Shown: positions 1 through 12,563 of the stretch, piece after piece
How the letters are laid out: each line of letters opens with the position of its first letter
Numbering within the stretch: position 1 is the first letter of the stretch
Origin: Octopus sinensis
Taxonomy: Eukaryota
Length of the DNA stretch: 64,000 bases
Reading direction: 5' to 3'
NCBI RefSeq assembly: GCF_006345805.1
Contig: NC_043008.1
Span: 63,488,001-63,552,000 of the forward strand
Position numbers and translations under genes: made by a program
The notes under the pieces: generated by a model
Databases searched by the model: none
What the model was told of the DNA's origin: nothing
The model's input: the letters and a program-made list of their open reading frames with translations, nothing else

Positions 1-145
1 GCCCATAGAGATCAAGACAGGAAAATTTTAGATGTGCATAACATATTTGTAAGAAAAATGAAAGCATGTTTTGTAACCCTCAATTATATCATTTTTGTAG
101 CTATAATTGATTACAATATATCTAGTAACCTTATTATCCAGCCCA

Positions 146-423
146 CGGGTATATGGCATAGTGGTTAAGAGTGAAGGCTACTAACCCCAAGATTCCAAGT
201 TCGATTCCAGGCAGTTACCTGAATAATAATAATAATAACATAAAAAAATACCTTAGGAATGAGAACCCAGGTTTGAAATTTCCCCAAGACACCTGATGAA
301 GGCTGGAGGGTATATCAGCCAAAACATTGTGTTAACAACAAACAAGATGAGTACTAATATCCGTCAAATGTAAATAATGTAAATAATGTACATAATTCCT
401 CATCTTTTAAATATAGAACTGTA
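146..423 (+). mobile_element. tRNA-derived SINE with hammerhead-like motif in its 3' part
   Basis: Pol III box A (TGGCATAGTGG) and box B (GTTCGATTCC) head; (AAT)n linker; gacac-CTGATGA-a-ggctg/cagcc-AAAA-catt-gtgtt at 288-333; tandem TGTAAATAA near the 3' end. Confidence 0.7.
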
Positions 424-559
424 TCAATTATTTCTGTAATAATATATTCTGGACTAAACAATCAAATGGGTTATTTAAAAAAAACAGATGCATCAGTTAG
501 AATCATCTGTTATTTTTAACACACTGTGTGACCAGACCAAGTAGTGGTTCTTTACATGT

Positions 560-745
560 GAGTGTTGGACAGATGGATGGATAGAAGGATGGTCAGAATG
601 ATAGATAGATAGGTAGGTATGTAGGTAGGTAGGTAGGTAGGTAGGTAGGTAGGTAGGCAGGTAGGCAGGTAGTTAGGTAGGTGGGTAGGTAGGTAAGTAG
701 GTAGTTGGTAGGTTGGTAGGTAGATAGATAGATAGATAGATAGAC
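560..745. repeat. Compound (GGAT/GATA/GGTA)n tetranucleotide microsatellite
   Basis: Direct reading; source of the YLPT-repeat ORF 552..860. Confidence 0.95.
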
Positions 746-1218
746 TGTGGCAACTGACAACAAGAAAGAATGGAAAAATGGTTGCTAAATAAATGGTGGC
801 GGAGATGGATGTTGATATGTATAATGTACTTACATTGAGTCTCTCACCCATCATACCCATTCCTCACTCGTCCTGTCATGAGAGACATGTCATCTCAGAA
901 TGTGAAGACTGCAATGCTGACGAAGGCTTTTGCCATTCCAGTGACTTACATTTGCATTTGAAATTGGTATCTTTTACATTTGAGAGTCAAAACACAATCA
1001 TTATTATTGCAACTCTTGTCAGAATTTTTCTGTTATGTGTACCAACATTATTTCCTATCTTTCAAAATGAATACTTTCTAGACTCACTAACAACAATCCG
1101 AGATTCTCCAAACCGTTGTTCTTTGGATGGAATTGTAAAATTAATAGAAAATTTAATGTGGTCTCAAAATAGTAAAATGTTACTGTTTTCCCTACAGGAA
1201 CAATTTTCTCTTTTGTAA

Positions 1219-1537
1219 TGGGTGCTTTTTACGTGCCACCTGCACTGGTGCCAGGCGAGGCTGGCATCGGCCACGGTCGGATTGGTGCACGTAAAATGCA
1301 CCAATCCGACCGTGGCCGATGCCAGCCTCGCCTGGCACCAGTGCAGGTGGCACGTAAAAAGCACCCACCACAATCACGGAGTGGTTGGTGTTAGGAAGGG
1401 CATCCAGCTGTAGAAACATTGCCAGATAAGACCGGAGCCTGGTGCAGCCTTCTGGCTTCCCAGATCCCCGGTCGAACCGTCCCACCCATGCTAGCATGGA
1501 GAACGGACGTTAAACGATGATGATGATGATGATGATG
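1219..1537 (+). mobile_element. Family B retroposon (RTE-type tail ending (GAT)n) with 5' fold-back
   Basis: Conserved tail ...ttaggaagggcatccagctgtag...catgctagcatgg..cggacgttaaacgatgatgat shared with more than 10 copies in the window; 71-bp perfect inverted repeat at the 5' end. Confidence 0.85.
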
Positions 1538-3954
1538 TAGTTAAATTTTGGCCAGAAATGTACTAAAATTCATCATAATTCCTTGATATACTTATAATAC
1601 TGCCCCTGTTCCCATTATGATATATCATTTCAGAAATGCAGACTTTCATATCTGTGTAGGAAATTTCTATTATCTTTCCCAAGTTATACACAATTTCCAT
1701 AAAACCTGATTGTGCCCACAGCAATGGGACATATTTATAAATTAATTTATTTTGTATTGTAGCCAGCATTTGATTAATGATGTACAATGTGTGTATTTCT
1801 ATTTAGTGATTGGTTTGTGGATCTGCTTTGGGTACTAAGACAGAATGTAGTCTACATATTAAAACTTGAGAAAATAAACACATTCAACTCAATTTTCATT
1901 TCACAACAGTCTCATTAAAAGTTGAACAGGTGAGATGTGAGCCAAACTAGAATAGAATATTATTGAGATAATTATCAAGAATACAATCAATGTTGCCATA
2001 GGAACTATTTCATTGAAATATCATGAACAAATGGAAATGAAAGCACTACATATATGGAGAGAAATAAAAACAACAAAAATAATTTCTCTTTATTTTGGTA
2101 TGCATTGGGGGAGGTGGATGTGAAGTTTATTGAAGCAGATCTATTCTCTATGATGAATAAATTAATAAAGAAGTAAATATTTTTGAAAATTACAAAGCGT
2201 TCATGTCATAATATGTATTTTCAGTTTCTTTGTGGAGGAAACTGCTGTAATTGCACAATTTGATTGGCACTTTAACATTCTGTTTGGCATGGCACTGCAT
2301 CAGATGCTCTGCAATGCAAAATAATTGTTGTGCTATTCTAAAGTGAAATTTGTGCACAGATAATTCTATATTTTCTCATAGAAACTTCTCTCCTCTGTGA
2401 TAGGCAAGAATAATTAGAATTTTAAAATACATTCACAATCAGATTTTCCTTTATTCTTTACATTTTGTTTTTGCTTCATGTGCATTCTAATTTTACACAC
2501 AATATCAAAAAGCAGAATGTTCTCTCACCCACCTTATTCAGCTGAGATAAAAAAAGAAAATATTTTTTTAACAAAGGATACTAAATGAATGTGCTTTTTC
2601 TTCTTAAAAAAAAATACAGAAAAGTGAAGTTAATAAAAACTAGAATGTGAAGTGTTCTCTTGAAGTATCACCAACTTAAAGAAGACCAACATCTAAAGAT
2701 ATATTCTAATGCTTTTAAGTTGATTACTTTGCCAGAAGTTTGTTTAGATAAGATTGTGATCCTGAAATGGATCAGATCCATTTCTATTCTCATTAAAGGA
2801 ATTCTATAAATAGCATCAGAAATTGTCTTTTTCTATTATGGTAAGTTTGCTATGGATTAAAGATACATAAAACTTGGTATAGCTGAAGAAATGGTCCTCT
2901 CTAAAAGCAGTAACAAAAAGGGGAAAGACACAAAAAAAAAAAGAAAGAAAAAGGAAAAATCAGTTTCAGTACTTCCTCTTCTTTTTCTTTTTTCTTGCCA
3001 GTTCCGAAGAGGTCTCTAAAAAAATAATATCTTAGATCATGTATGGTAAAGTGATATGAGGAATCAAGTGAAACTTGAGAGATTTCTGTGATTCTTTATT
3101 TAGTCCTTTTCTTCTTTTTTTTTTAAAGAAATCTGCTGATTCTGTTGCTGTAAACTCCAAATGGTACTAGATTGAAGGAAGGGAGTATCTTTGAAAGCTT
3201 GCAAATTTCGTGTTCACTATTCTAATCAATTATTATTTACATGCTAGAACTATTGACATAAGAAAGACAAAGAATTAACCTTGTTTAATGTTTGCTTTTA
3301 CTGATTCCAAGCATTGGGCTACAGCTACATAATTCCAGAGTTTTAGTTAATAGCATTGACATCCAAACCCAGGATATATTTCAGTTTGGTATTTATCTTA
3401 TTGATAGCTGTTTATATTGAATCTTTAAATTATGATTCCTAGCCAAGCACTGATTTTTGCACAGGACCAAAATGAGTTGATAGACACACATCTATATATG
3501 CACACAAAATCACTGTGTGTGTGTGTATGGGTACATACTTAGACACATATTTGTGTGTATCTTTGCATCTATATATATATATGTATATATAATAAAGTGG
3601 AGTTGTAAGGTACCGCACGAGTGGAATTATATATGAAAGAAGGTTTGAAAATGCAATTTTAAAAGATGTTTATTTACTTTACCGGTTTCTCTTTTTAGAA
3701 AAAGATTGTCAAAAGTAACATGTAAAAGCTTGGTTGTGTTAGCAACTGGTTGTCACAAAATACTACAATACATATATATATACACACACAAAGACTCACA
3801 CACACACATACACACACACAAAAACACATGCACACACACATGCACACACACACATGCTTGCACGCACACACTCACACAAAGACACACATGATGACATGCA
3901 CACACACACACGTATACACACATGCACACACACACACATGCAGGAAGGAAGTAT

Positions 3955-4260
3955 GTAGTTGTCTACACATGTAGTCAGAGAACATTAGTGGAGTCCCTTA
4001 CTAGCAAAGAACAAGAACTGCATCATCTCATCTAAGCCAGATTACTTCGTAATTAGTTGTACTATAACAGTTTCTGCAGCTTCGTGATTCTATCCATCAG
4101 TTTGATACCTCGGCAGTTGTTTCTTTTTAGAGCATCTCCTTTCACATTTTGGATGATGCTGACACCAGTCATTAGGAATACCTCTTGCACAACCTAATTT
4201 TTCAGTGTGCTGCTTTGCTCAGTATTTTCAATGTCTCAGTGACCATCCCTGATGATCAGC
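3955..4260 (-). pseudogene. Decayed RTE-clade LINE reverse transcriptase fragment
   Basis: Minus strand reads KGDALKRNNCRGIKLMDR, matching the RTE motif KGDALxRxNYRGIKLL, followed by a degenerate DEMQF-like segment; stops and frameshifts present. Confidence 0.7.
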
Positions 4261-4288
4261 TGATTTTTTTTTTTGTATTTTCATATCC

Positions 4289-4443
4289 AGGTGTGGCTGT
4301 TTGGTAAAAAGTTTGCTTCTTAACCACATGCATCTGGGTTCAGTTCCACTGCATGGCACCTTGGGCAAGTTCCTTTTACTATGGTTTCAGTTTGACCAAA
4401 GACTTGTAAATGGATTTGGTAGATGGAAACTGAAAGAAGCCCG
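4289..4443 (+). mobile_element. Family A SINE 5' fragment
   Basis: gtgtggctgt..ggtaa...ccttgggcaagt...ggatttggtagatggaaactgaaagaagcccg. Confidence 0.8.
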
Positions 4444-4921
4444 AAGCAGTATTAATACTAACAGGTAATATTTATGCCCACTTAAACGTGAATATTCTGT
4501 TAGAACAAATTATATTGTGGTAGATGATAACATGAGAGTTTCACATTTAAGTGAAATTTAGTATTGACTCTGTTACTAATATATAATTTTTAACAAGCTC
4601 ACTGGCTATTTGCAGCACCAGCACATGTCCTGACAGTTTTTCTATGTATCACTGGTTGGGGAGATGAGTTGCTGCTATCTCTAGCAGTTGAGCTTCCATC
4701 ACTGGGAAGACCAAAGAAGGTTGAAATCAAGTGATCTGGTGCTCTCAGCACAGGAGTTTGTGTGGATTCATCTCTCTGGTAGCAATGTAAATAAGAGTGT
4801 ATTTTGCAACAAAAGCCAGTATGAGAATTCCTCACATGGTGTCTACTGCAGTAGAGTTTATTCTAACAGAACATGGTCATTGAAGGGGGCATAGATATTA
4901 GCTCTAAGAAAATTTGATGTA

Positions 4922-5527
4922 CAGTAATCCCTTGACTATCATGGGTGTTACATTCCAAAACACCCCATGATAGGTGAAAATCCACCAAGTAGAAACAGTA
5001 TTCTGCTCTTTTAGTCTTTTACTCTTTTACTTGTTTCAGTCATTTGACTGCAGCCATGCTGGAGCACTGCCTTTAGTTGAACAAATCGCCCCCAGGACTT
5101 ATTCTTTGTAACCCTAGTACTTATTCTATTGATCTTTGCCAAATCGCTAAGTTACGGGGATGTAAACACACAAGCATCGGTTGTCAAGCGATGTTGGGGG
5201 GACAAACACAGACGCAAGCATACACACACACATATATATATACACATATATACGACGGGCTTCTTTCAGTTTCCGTCTACTAAATCCACTAACAAAGCTT
5301 TGGTTGGCCCAAGGCTATAGTAGAAGACACTTACCCTAGGTACCACATGGTGGGACTGAACCCGGAACCATGTGGTTCATAAGCAAGCTACTTACCACAC
5401 AGTCATGTACATATTTATTTTATTATAAATGCAAAACAACACTACAGAGAAATTGACATAAGCTTAACTAATAAACCATCATGGGTGAACTGCGATAGGT
5501 GAACCACGACATGGCAAGGGGTTACTG
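4922..5527. mobile_element. pogo/Tigger-like MITE interrupted by a family A SINE
   Basis: Termini ta-CAGTAATCCCTTG and CAAGGGGTTACTG are inverted repeats; internal GATAGGTGAA motifs at both ends. Confidence 0.65.
5006..5403 (-). mobile_element. Family A tRNA-derived SINE, full length
   Basis: Reverse complement of the 46128-46536 copy, with central (TA/CA)n and (CTTTTA)n tail. Confidence 0.9.
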
Positions 5528-5599
5528 AATGTTGATAGTGTGTGGGAGTTTTATAAGCCATGTACTGCAATGTCTTCAGCAAGGAAAAATTTAGTAACT

Positions 5600-6180
5600 A
5601 GTTCAGCAATGAATTTAATATGCAGGTATATATTCCTTTGCCTCTTCTGTCTTTGTTGAAGACAAGATGTTCACAAGAATTCATACATTTTGATGACTTG
5701 GTTCTCATAACTGAATCAGTTGAAGAATGAAAGAATGAAAGAATGAGAGTAGTAATTCTAAAAATGAAAGCAATGTACAGATTTGAAAGATCTAAGAGTA
5801 AACCTAGCAAAGATAAATGTTTCAATTAAGAAGATATGGTTGTAGAGCCACCTGGGAAGTGGTCAAGTTTGATATGCAGAAGATGAAAAGGTAAGAATTC
5901 CATAAAGTATACCATATGTTAATAAAGGTAACACAAGAGGTGCATTGAGATTACAAGCATGTTGGTAAGGAAGACAGACTTTGTATGTAGCAGATGCACA
6001 AGTGTAGGTAGTTGCAATAAAATGCAATAAAATCTGTGAGATAAAATTCTTTCAAATTCTTGGAAGGCTCTCTAAAAGTAACAGACAGTTTCCATTAAAT
6101 ACATGACTTAATTAGCCATGGCGGAATCATAGTTGCTAGAGAAAAATACGTGGCAGAAAAAGTTAAGGTGATGGCAGTGA
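5600..6180 (+). pseudogene. Decayed RTE LINE ORF fragment (RT C-terminus and Cys-rich segment)
   Basis: Remnants RVNLAK, GKNSI..C, HKRC, DFVCSRC and GSL.VTDSF typical of RTE ORFs; many stops. Confidence 0.65.
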
Positions 6181-6304
6181 TGGAGTAATTATAATGATCA
6201 TATTTGTGAATACATGTATATGTTGATGTGTTTATTTACATTTGTGCTTTATGAAAATCACTCACTTCATATCTTTGGTTATGTGTAAAAGAAGACTTGT
6301 ATCT

Positions 6305-6610
6305 TCTCTCGCCCTTTTCAAGCCTAGCCAGGCTCATGAGCTCGGTTTCCCAGTTTCTGTGGCATATGTGTTCCCCTCAGCTGGATGGGATGTCAGTTCA
6401 TCGCAGCGTTACCCAAGAAACAGGAGGAAAGAGTGAGAGAAATTTGGGGTGAAAGAGTACAACAGGGGCCACCACCACCCCCTGCTGGAGCCTTGAGGAG
6501 CTTTAGGTATTTTCGCTCAATAAACACACACAACGCCTGGTCTGGGAATCGAAACTGCGATCCTCCAACCACAAGTCTGCTGCCCTAACCACTGGGCCAT
6601 TGTGCCTCCA
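6305..6610 (-). mobile_element. Family D/E-related tRNA-derived SINE
   Basis: Minus-strand head tggaggcacaatggcccagtggttagggcagcagac...tttcgattcccagacc, shared with 28747-29133. Confidence 0.8.
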
Positions 6611-7465
6611 AAATAACACTTGACTTACTCAAAATTAAACAGCAATGACCTAGTAACAGGAAGGGCATCCAGATACAAAAAAGCACTGGTTCAATAATAT
6701 ATTCCTCTAACTCATGCCAGCATGGATAAACAGATGTAAAGCGAATGGATGAACAAAGAGAGCAATGATGTTTTAGAGGAATATGACAGAAACCGAGATC
6801 TATTGCTTGAAATACAGATGTAAGTTGACAGTAACATAAATATGGTCATAAAAACTAACACTAACATAAATAACATTTATGCATTGTATGTAATCTTACA
6901 GTAACAGGGCAGTAATATTCCTGTAGTGTTTGAAATAAATCTGTTGTGTAAATGTGTATATTGATAGAAATAAAATGGTGAATTCATTGGAAAAATTGAT
7001 CTATTGTTAAAAATGTAAATGTCACTTGATTATAATAATGATATATTGGTAAAAATATGTGCTTTTTTTGTGTATTTGTTTCATATATATATATATATAT
7101 ATACGTGTATGTGTGTGTGTAGTAATAAATTAATAATAACATTGATGGATTTGTGGATATTTTTCTGTAATGAGACAATACAATCAATCTATTTCTGAAA
7201 ATATAACAGTAATATTGATAAATAGTTAAACATACAGCTGTAACATGTTAGTAACGATGATGTATTGGAAAAAATACCTATAAGTAGGTACTAACGTTTG
7301 GGGTATTGGTAGAAATAAACCAATAACATCGGTGATATTGACATATTGGTGGAAACGTAGGAGAAACTTGATAACATCATTGCCATACAAGCAGACTGTA
7401 AGAGACATTCAACTTCCTTCCCTGGAAGTTTTGTGTGTCTGTAAAAGAAATATTATTTGTATGTA

Positions 7466-7627
7466 GGCGTAGGAGTGGCTGTGTGGTAAGTAGCTTATGG
7501 ATCCGGTTTCAGTCCCACTGCATGGTACCTTGGGCAAGTGTGTTCTACTATAGCCCTCGGGCTGACCAAAGCATTTTAAGTGGATTTGGTAGATGGGAAC
7601 TGAAAGTGGCCCATCGTATATATGTAC

Positions 7628-7676
<49 letters not shown>

Positions 7677-8402
7677 TGTGTGTATATGTTTTTGCATCTG
7701 TGTTTGTCCCCTGAACAGCCTTGTGAGTGGATTTGGTAGATGGAAACTGAAGTGGCCCGTCATATATATGTATATCTATATATATAAAACTGTAGTTGTG
7801 TGAGTGTCTGTCCCCTTCGATTTAGATTCCTAACTACTCCCACATTTTGCGGTGCAGTTTAACCAAATTCGGGTATCTTATAGTCGTGATTCATATCGAG
7901 CCCGTCTGAGTATTAGCGCGCGTCTACGATGAGTCTACGATTTTAAAAATAATTTAACATCATTTTTTATTCCATTTTAATGCATAATTTTTCGTGTGTC
8001 GATGGCGGCGGAGTTGGCGTCCATGGCCACACCTGCACCTGTTTGCTTCTCCTCCTTCTTCCCTCCCTCATGAAGCTGTGGGGAAGGGGGTGTAAGGAAA
8101 TCAACGTCGTAAAGCGTTGTCAAGGAGACCAGCGTTCTTTTAGAACGACTTCATGGCTTGAAGACACCAAAACAGAAATGGCTAAGAAAGCCCGAATTGG
8201 CATCTATAAGGGAAGTAACTCTCTAAAAATGCTTATATAGTTATTTCCCTTACAAACCCGAGCAACGCCGGGCGATACTGCTTGTATATATATATATATA
8301 TCTATAATTGTGTGTATATGTTTGTTTGTCTGTGTTTGTGTTTGTCCCCTGAACAACCTTGTGAGTGGATTTGGTAGACTGAAACTGAAGTGGCCCGTCA
8401 TA

Positions 8403-8478
<76 letters not shown>

Positions 8479-8700
8479 TGTGTGTATATGTTTGTTTGTC
8501 TGTGTTTGTCCCCCACATCATCGCTTAACAACTGATGCTGGTGTGTTTACGTCCCAGTAACTTAGCGGTTTGTTAAAAGAGACTGATAGAATAAGTACTA
8601 GGCTTACAAAGAATAAGTCCTGGGGTCGGTTTGCTCGACTAAAGGTGGTTCTCCAGCATGGTCACAGTCAAATGACTGAAACAAGTAAAAGAGTAAAGAG
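7466..8700 (+). mobile_element. Family A SINE with internal ~100-bp segment in three copies, interrupted by a Helitron
   Basis: Head at 7466 and tail at 8700; gtgagtggatttggtaga..gaaactgaa..tggccc occurs at about 7577, 7725 and 8361. Confidence 0.85.
7775..8284 (+). mobile_element. Non-autonomous Helitron
   Basis: Starts TC after an A; subterminal hairpin CCCG-agcaacgc-CGGG at 8257-8272; ends CTTG (CTAG variant) before a T. Confidence 0.8.
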
Positions 8701-9009
8701 TATAGAAGCATAACTTGAAATTTGGTTGTGAGGCTGTCATACCTCTTGGAATTCTTAAATTTTGGGGAGTACACAAGTCAAATGGAGGAACTTTGAGGGC
8801 TTCTTATAATGGTGAGAATGTAGTGGTAATATAATAACTTTGCCTTAAATACACAGGGACAATAAAGAATAATAAGGACTGTTTTCTTTTTCTTATGTGG
8901 AATAGTAAACCCAACAGAAGCTGTTTCCATGATAAATACACCCAATATATTCTTTAAAGAGGTTGTCATGACAACCTGTATGACCCGTGTCAATATGGAA
9001 TACAGATGT

Positions 9010-9145
9010 AAATGGTGATGATAATGATGATGATGAGGAGGAGGAGGAGGACGAGGACGAGGAAGAGGATGATGATGATGGTAATGATTTTTATGATGAT
9101 GATCATGATGATGATGATCATGATGATGATGATGAAGATGATGAT
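9010..9145. repeat. (GAT)n/(GAG)n trinucleotide microsatellite
   Basis: Direct reading; source of the poly-D/E, poly-H and poly-M ORFs. Confidence 0.95.
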
Positions 9146-9578
9146 TATACGTGTGTGTGTGCATGTGTGTATGTGTATTTTCACTGTTTTAGCAGATTCC
9201 CATGACTCTTGGTCGCCATCAGATTCCATTATCCTGAATTTAAATTAAGAGCTTGAATCATCGTTAATCTTTCATTAGCTGATTACACAACCACAGACGC
9301 CACCCTTATGAATGTGTTGCAGTTACTTTCTTGATCGATCCTGGTAGTCCTAATCATTGATTTTCCGGGATTCTGCTACTCAGCATCACTGTAAGAAGCA
9401 CTGTTGGTTCAGTCGAGCTCCTCCGCTAACTCATCACAATCCACCATGCTACAGTTCCCATGACTTCGGTACGTTCCTGACATATTGGCTGAAGGGATGC
9501 TATGCCTTGCCAAAGGGTAGTATAACTGTGCAGGACATGATCATTCACTCTGTGGGGGTATTTTCAAATACCGGTGTG

Positions 9579-9620
<42 letters not shown>

Positions 9621-9867
9621 TATGTACACATATGTGTTTGCCTTTCAAGTGCTGTGTTTTTACTGAGATCTCCCTTTTAGTAGAAAGAATAGCTATAACT
9701 CTTTGACTGCTATTTCTAAATTCGGTGTGTGGTGAGGCAATTCGTTGCTAAACCCTTAATTGCTTAGTATATATATATATATATATATATATACATACAT
9801 TTTTTTTTTGTAGTTTCAGCTCATAGCTGTGGCCATGTTGGAGCACCGCCATTTTGCTACACTGTTA

Positions 9868-10295
9868 TTACCGAGATCCTCCTCTAATATGTGGCACTTG
9901 ATGTAGAATGGAGTTTGATGTAGCTACTCTCATTTGCACCTCTTGCCGCGAGGTAGCTTCATCTGGGGCTCTCGACAGGAAGAGCTCCAGCCTTGATTTA
10001 AAAACACCTACATTTACTTTGTGCAGGTTCCTCAGGCTCTTTGGGAGAATATCAAAAAGCTGTGGGCCCCTGAAATCCAGGCCATTGCAGTAACTGGTCC
10101 TGAAGCATGATGACATTCCTGGGATCTTTGGCACTGTGCAGTGCCAACCCATTCTGGCATTGGTGTAGCTTTCAATGCCAAAATTTGGCACAATTCCTTC
10201 CACGATCTTCCAGATGTATATCACTGCATACCTCTCCCGCCTTCCCTCCAGAGAGTAGAGTCTTAGCTGTTTCAGCCTTTCCCAGTAGCTGAGCT
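9868..10295 (-). pseudogene. 5'-truncated CR1/L2-group LINE, RT C-terminal end
   Basis: LSYWERLKQLRLYSLEGRRERYAVIYIWKIVEG...GPQLFDILPKSLR...FKSRLELFLSRAPDE matches the conserved CR1-group ORF2 C-terminus. Confidence 0.85.
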
Positions 10296-10450
10296 GTGGC
10301 AAAGAGATGATCATCACCATCATCATCATCATCTTCATCAGTGTTGCATTAATGTTACAGCTTTATTTCCTGTACATTATATTGTAATCATATCTCTAGC
10401 AATACACTAATGTTGTGAATGTTTGAGAACAAGTGGTTAGAGTGTTTGAT

Positions 10451-10680
10451 GGTGAGCTGGCAGAAACGTTAGCACGCCGGGCGAAATGCGTAGCCGTATT
10501 TTGTCTGCCGTTACATTCTGAGTTCAAATTCCACCGAGGTTGACTTTGCCTTTCATCCTTTCGGGGTCGATTAAATAAGTACTAGTTACGCACCGCGATC
10601 GATATAATCGACTTAATCTGTGTGTCTGTCCTTGTTTGTCCTCTCTGTGTTTAGCCCCTTGTGGGTAGTAAAGAAATAGG
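10451..10680 (+). mobile_element. Family C short tRNA-like SINE
   Basis: gagctggcagaaacgttagcacgccgggcgaaatgc...ctgagttcaaattcc...gtgggtagtaaagaaatagg. Confidence 0.85.
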
Positions 10681-10898
10681 TTAGAGTGTTTGACTCTCAA
10701 TCATATGGTAATGGGTTCAATTCCTTGACCAAGTAGCAATCCAGTACTGCTCTAGTCTTTTTTGTCTCCAGTTACAACATCCTGAAAGTTCTACTGTATT
10801 AAGTGTGGGAGGACTGAGACAGTGTCTATGTCTGCTCATGACCACCTGCCACATTTTCTTTGATTCTGAATAGTGGCCACAGCAGTAGATCATTGTTA

Positions 10899-11128
10899 CC
10901 TTTTTCTTTACTACCCACAAAGGGCTAAACATAGAGGGGACAAACAAGGACAGACAAACGGATTAAGTCGATTATATCAACCCCAGTGCATAACTGGTAC
11001 TTATTTAATCGACCCTGAAAGGATGAAAGGCAAAGTCAACCTCGGCAGAATTTGAACTCAGGATGTAGCAGCAGACGAAATACTGCTAAGCATTTCGCTC
11101 ATTGTGTTAATGTTTCTGCCAGCTCGCA
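10899..11128 (-). mobile_element. Family C SINE, inverted relative to 10451-10680
   Basis: Reverse-complement match to the 10451 copy. Confidence 0.85.
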
Positions 11129-11194
11129 GCAGTACATAATTGTTACTATCAAATCACTTCTATATTTTCGTCAGTTCATTCAGTGCCGTTGCCT

Positions 11195-11473
11195 CATACA
11201 AAGCATCCAATCCTCACTGTGAAGTGGTTGGCATTTGGAAGGGCATCCAACTGTAAAAAAAAACCATGCCAAAAAAATGACTTCGCCTGTGTTGGCACCA
11301 AGTAAAAAGCACTCAGTCCATTCTGCAGAGTGTTAGGTGTTAGGATGGGCATCCAGCCGTAACAGCCATACCAAAACAGACACTGAAGCCTGATGTTGTC
11401 TTCTGCCTAATCAGCTCCTGTCAAACCGTCCAACCCATGCCAGCTTGGAAAGTGGACGTAAAATGATGATGAT
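11195..11473 (+). mobile_element. Family B retroposon, degenerate
   Basis: gaagggcatcca...aaaccgtccaacccatgccagcttggaaagtggacgtaaaatgatgatgat. Confidence 0.75.
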
Positions 11474-12563
11474 ATTAATTTTACATACAAGTGATATGTA
11501 TATGTTGATCCGTTAAGTTACTGTTAAGACTGGGTTATACATCTACTAACTTACTGCAATATTTCTAACCTACATCTACTGATGTACTTGTAATTTACAT
11601 TGCCTTCAACACTATAATTTGTCAGTTCCCACTATGTGCTTTGCAAAATTTCTCTTTATGGTATACCATTATTTTGGGGAAAAGAAAAAGAAAAAAAAAA
11701 CAGAATTTTTTTTTTTTAAATATGTTACAATAGAACATTTCAAAACATCAATTTCTTAAAAGATAAAAAGATTTCACTGAAGAAATGTGGTAATTCAATA
11801 CAGCAAGAGAGAAAAAAAATAATAATAAATTGCTTAACATAAACTGTAAAGTTCAAAAATTGGATCAAAACTAATGTTATGAAACTGAAGGAAAACACAT
11901 CAACCTAATGTATAAGTTTCCAGACATACAAATATTTTATCAAAACAGAATCAGTGACCAATTCTGAGATTATAGTGATAAATAATGACATAAAAGACAA
12001 CAGATATTAGGAGAAAATGAAATCAGAAGGTAAGAGATTAGGATGGTGCTGATGGTCTTAGACGAGTTGCATTCTCTTGAAGTTTTTAAAACATTTTTCA
12101 TATAACTATTTCCATTTAGTAATACTGCTAACATATTGATTCAGTATAAGAAACCATTGAACTGGGAACATACTTTACCTTTATTATATGAAGTCTTTTT
12201 TGAAATGAATTTTTAAGAAATTTATTTTTAGTTTTATTGTTATTTTTATTGTTATTTTTCTTTTGGTTATAGACTTGTATAGTTGGTTGGTATTGATTGT
12301 TTGACTGTAAGTGAATAAATCAGTAGTAACTCATGGCCTAGGTACACTTGTGGTGTTTTAGCTACTCAGCACCACCAATACCACCAACATGACCACCACC
12401 ACCACCAACAACAACAACAATTTGTCCTGATTGGGTAGAGCTATCATGAAAGGCATTCCGGAGCTGACATTATGATGTCTTCAATTTCTTTTATAGACAA
12501 TGTATGTAGGATCATTTTCTCTCTCTCTCTCTCTCTCTCTTTCACACACACACACACACTCTC

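Noticed and set aside
915-950. CTGACGA followed by ggc-tttt-gcc hairpin
   Set aside because: No GAAA after the stem; not a hammerhead
4599-4900. Possible exon or TGA-readthrough ORF
   Set aside because: Several short frames on both strands, none with a convincing acceptor plus recognisable protein; no SECIS seen
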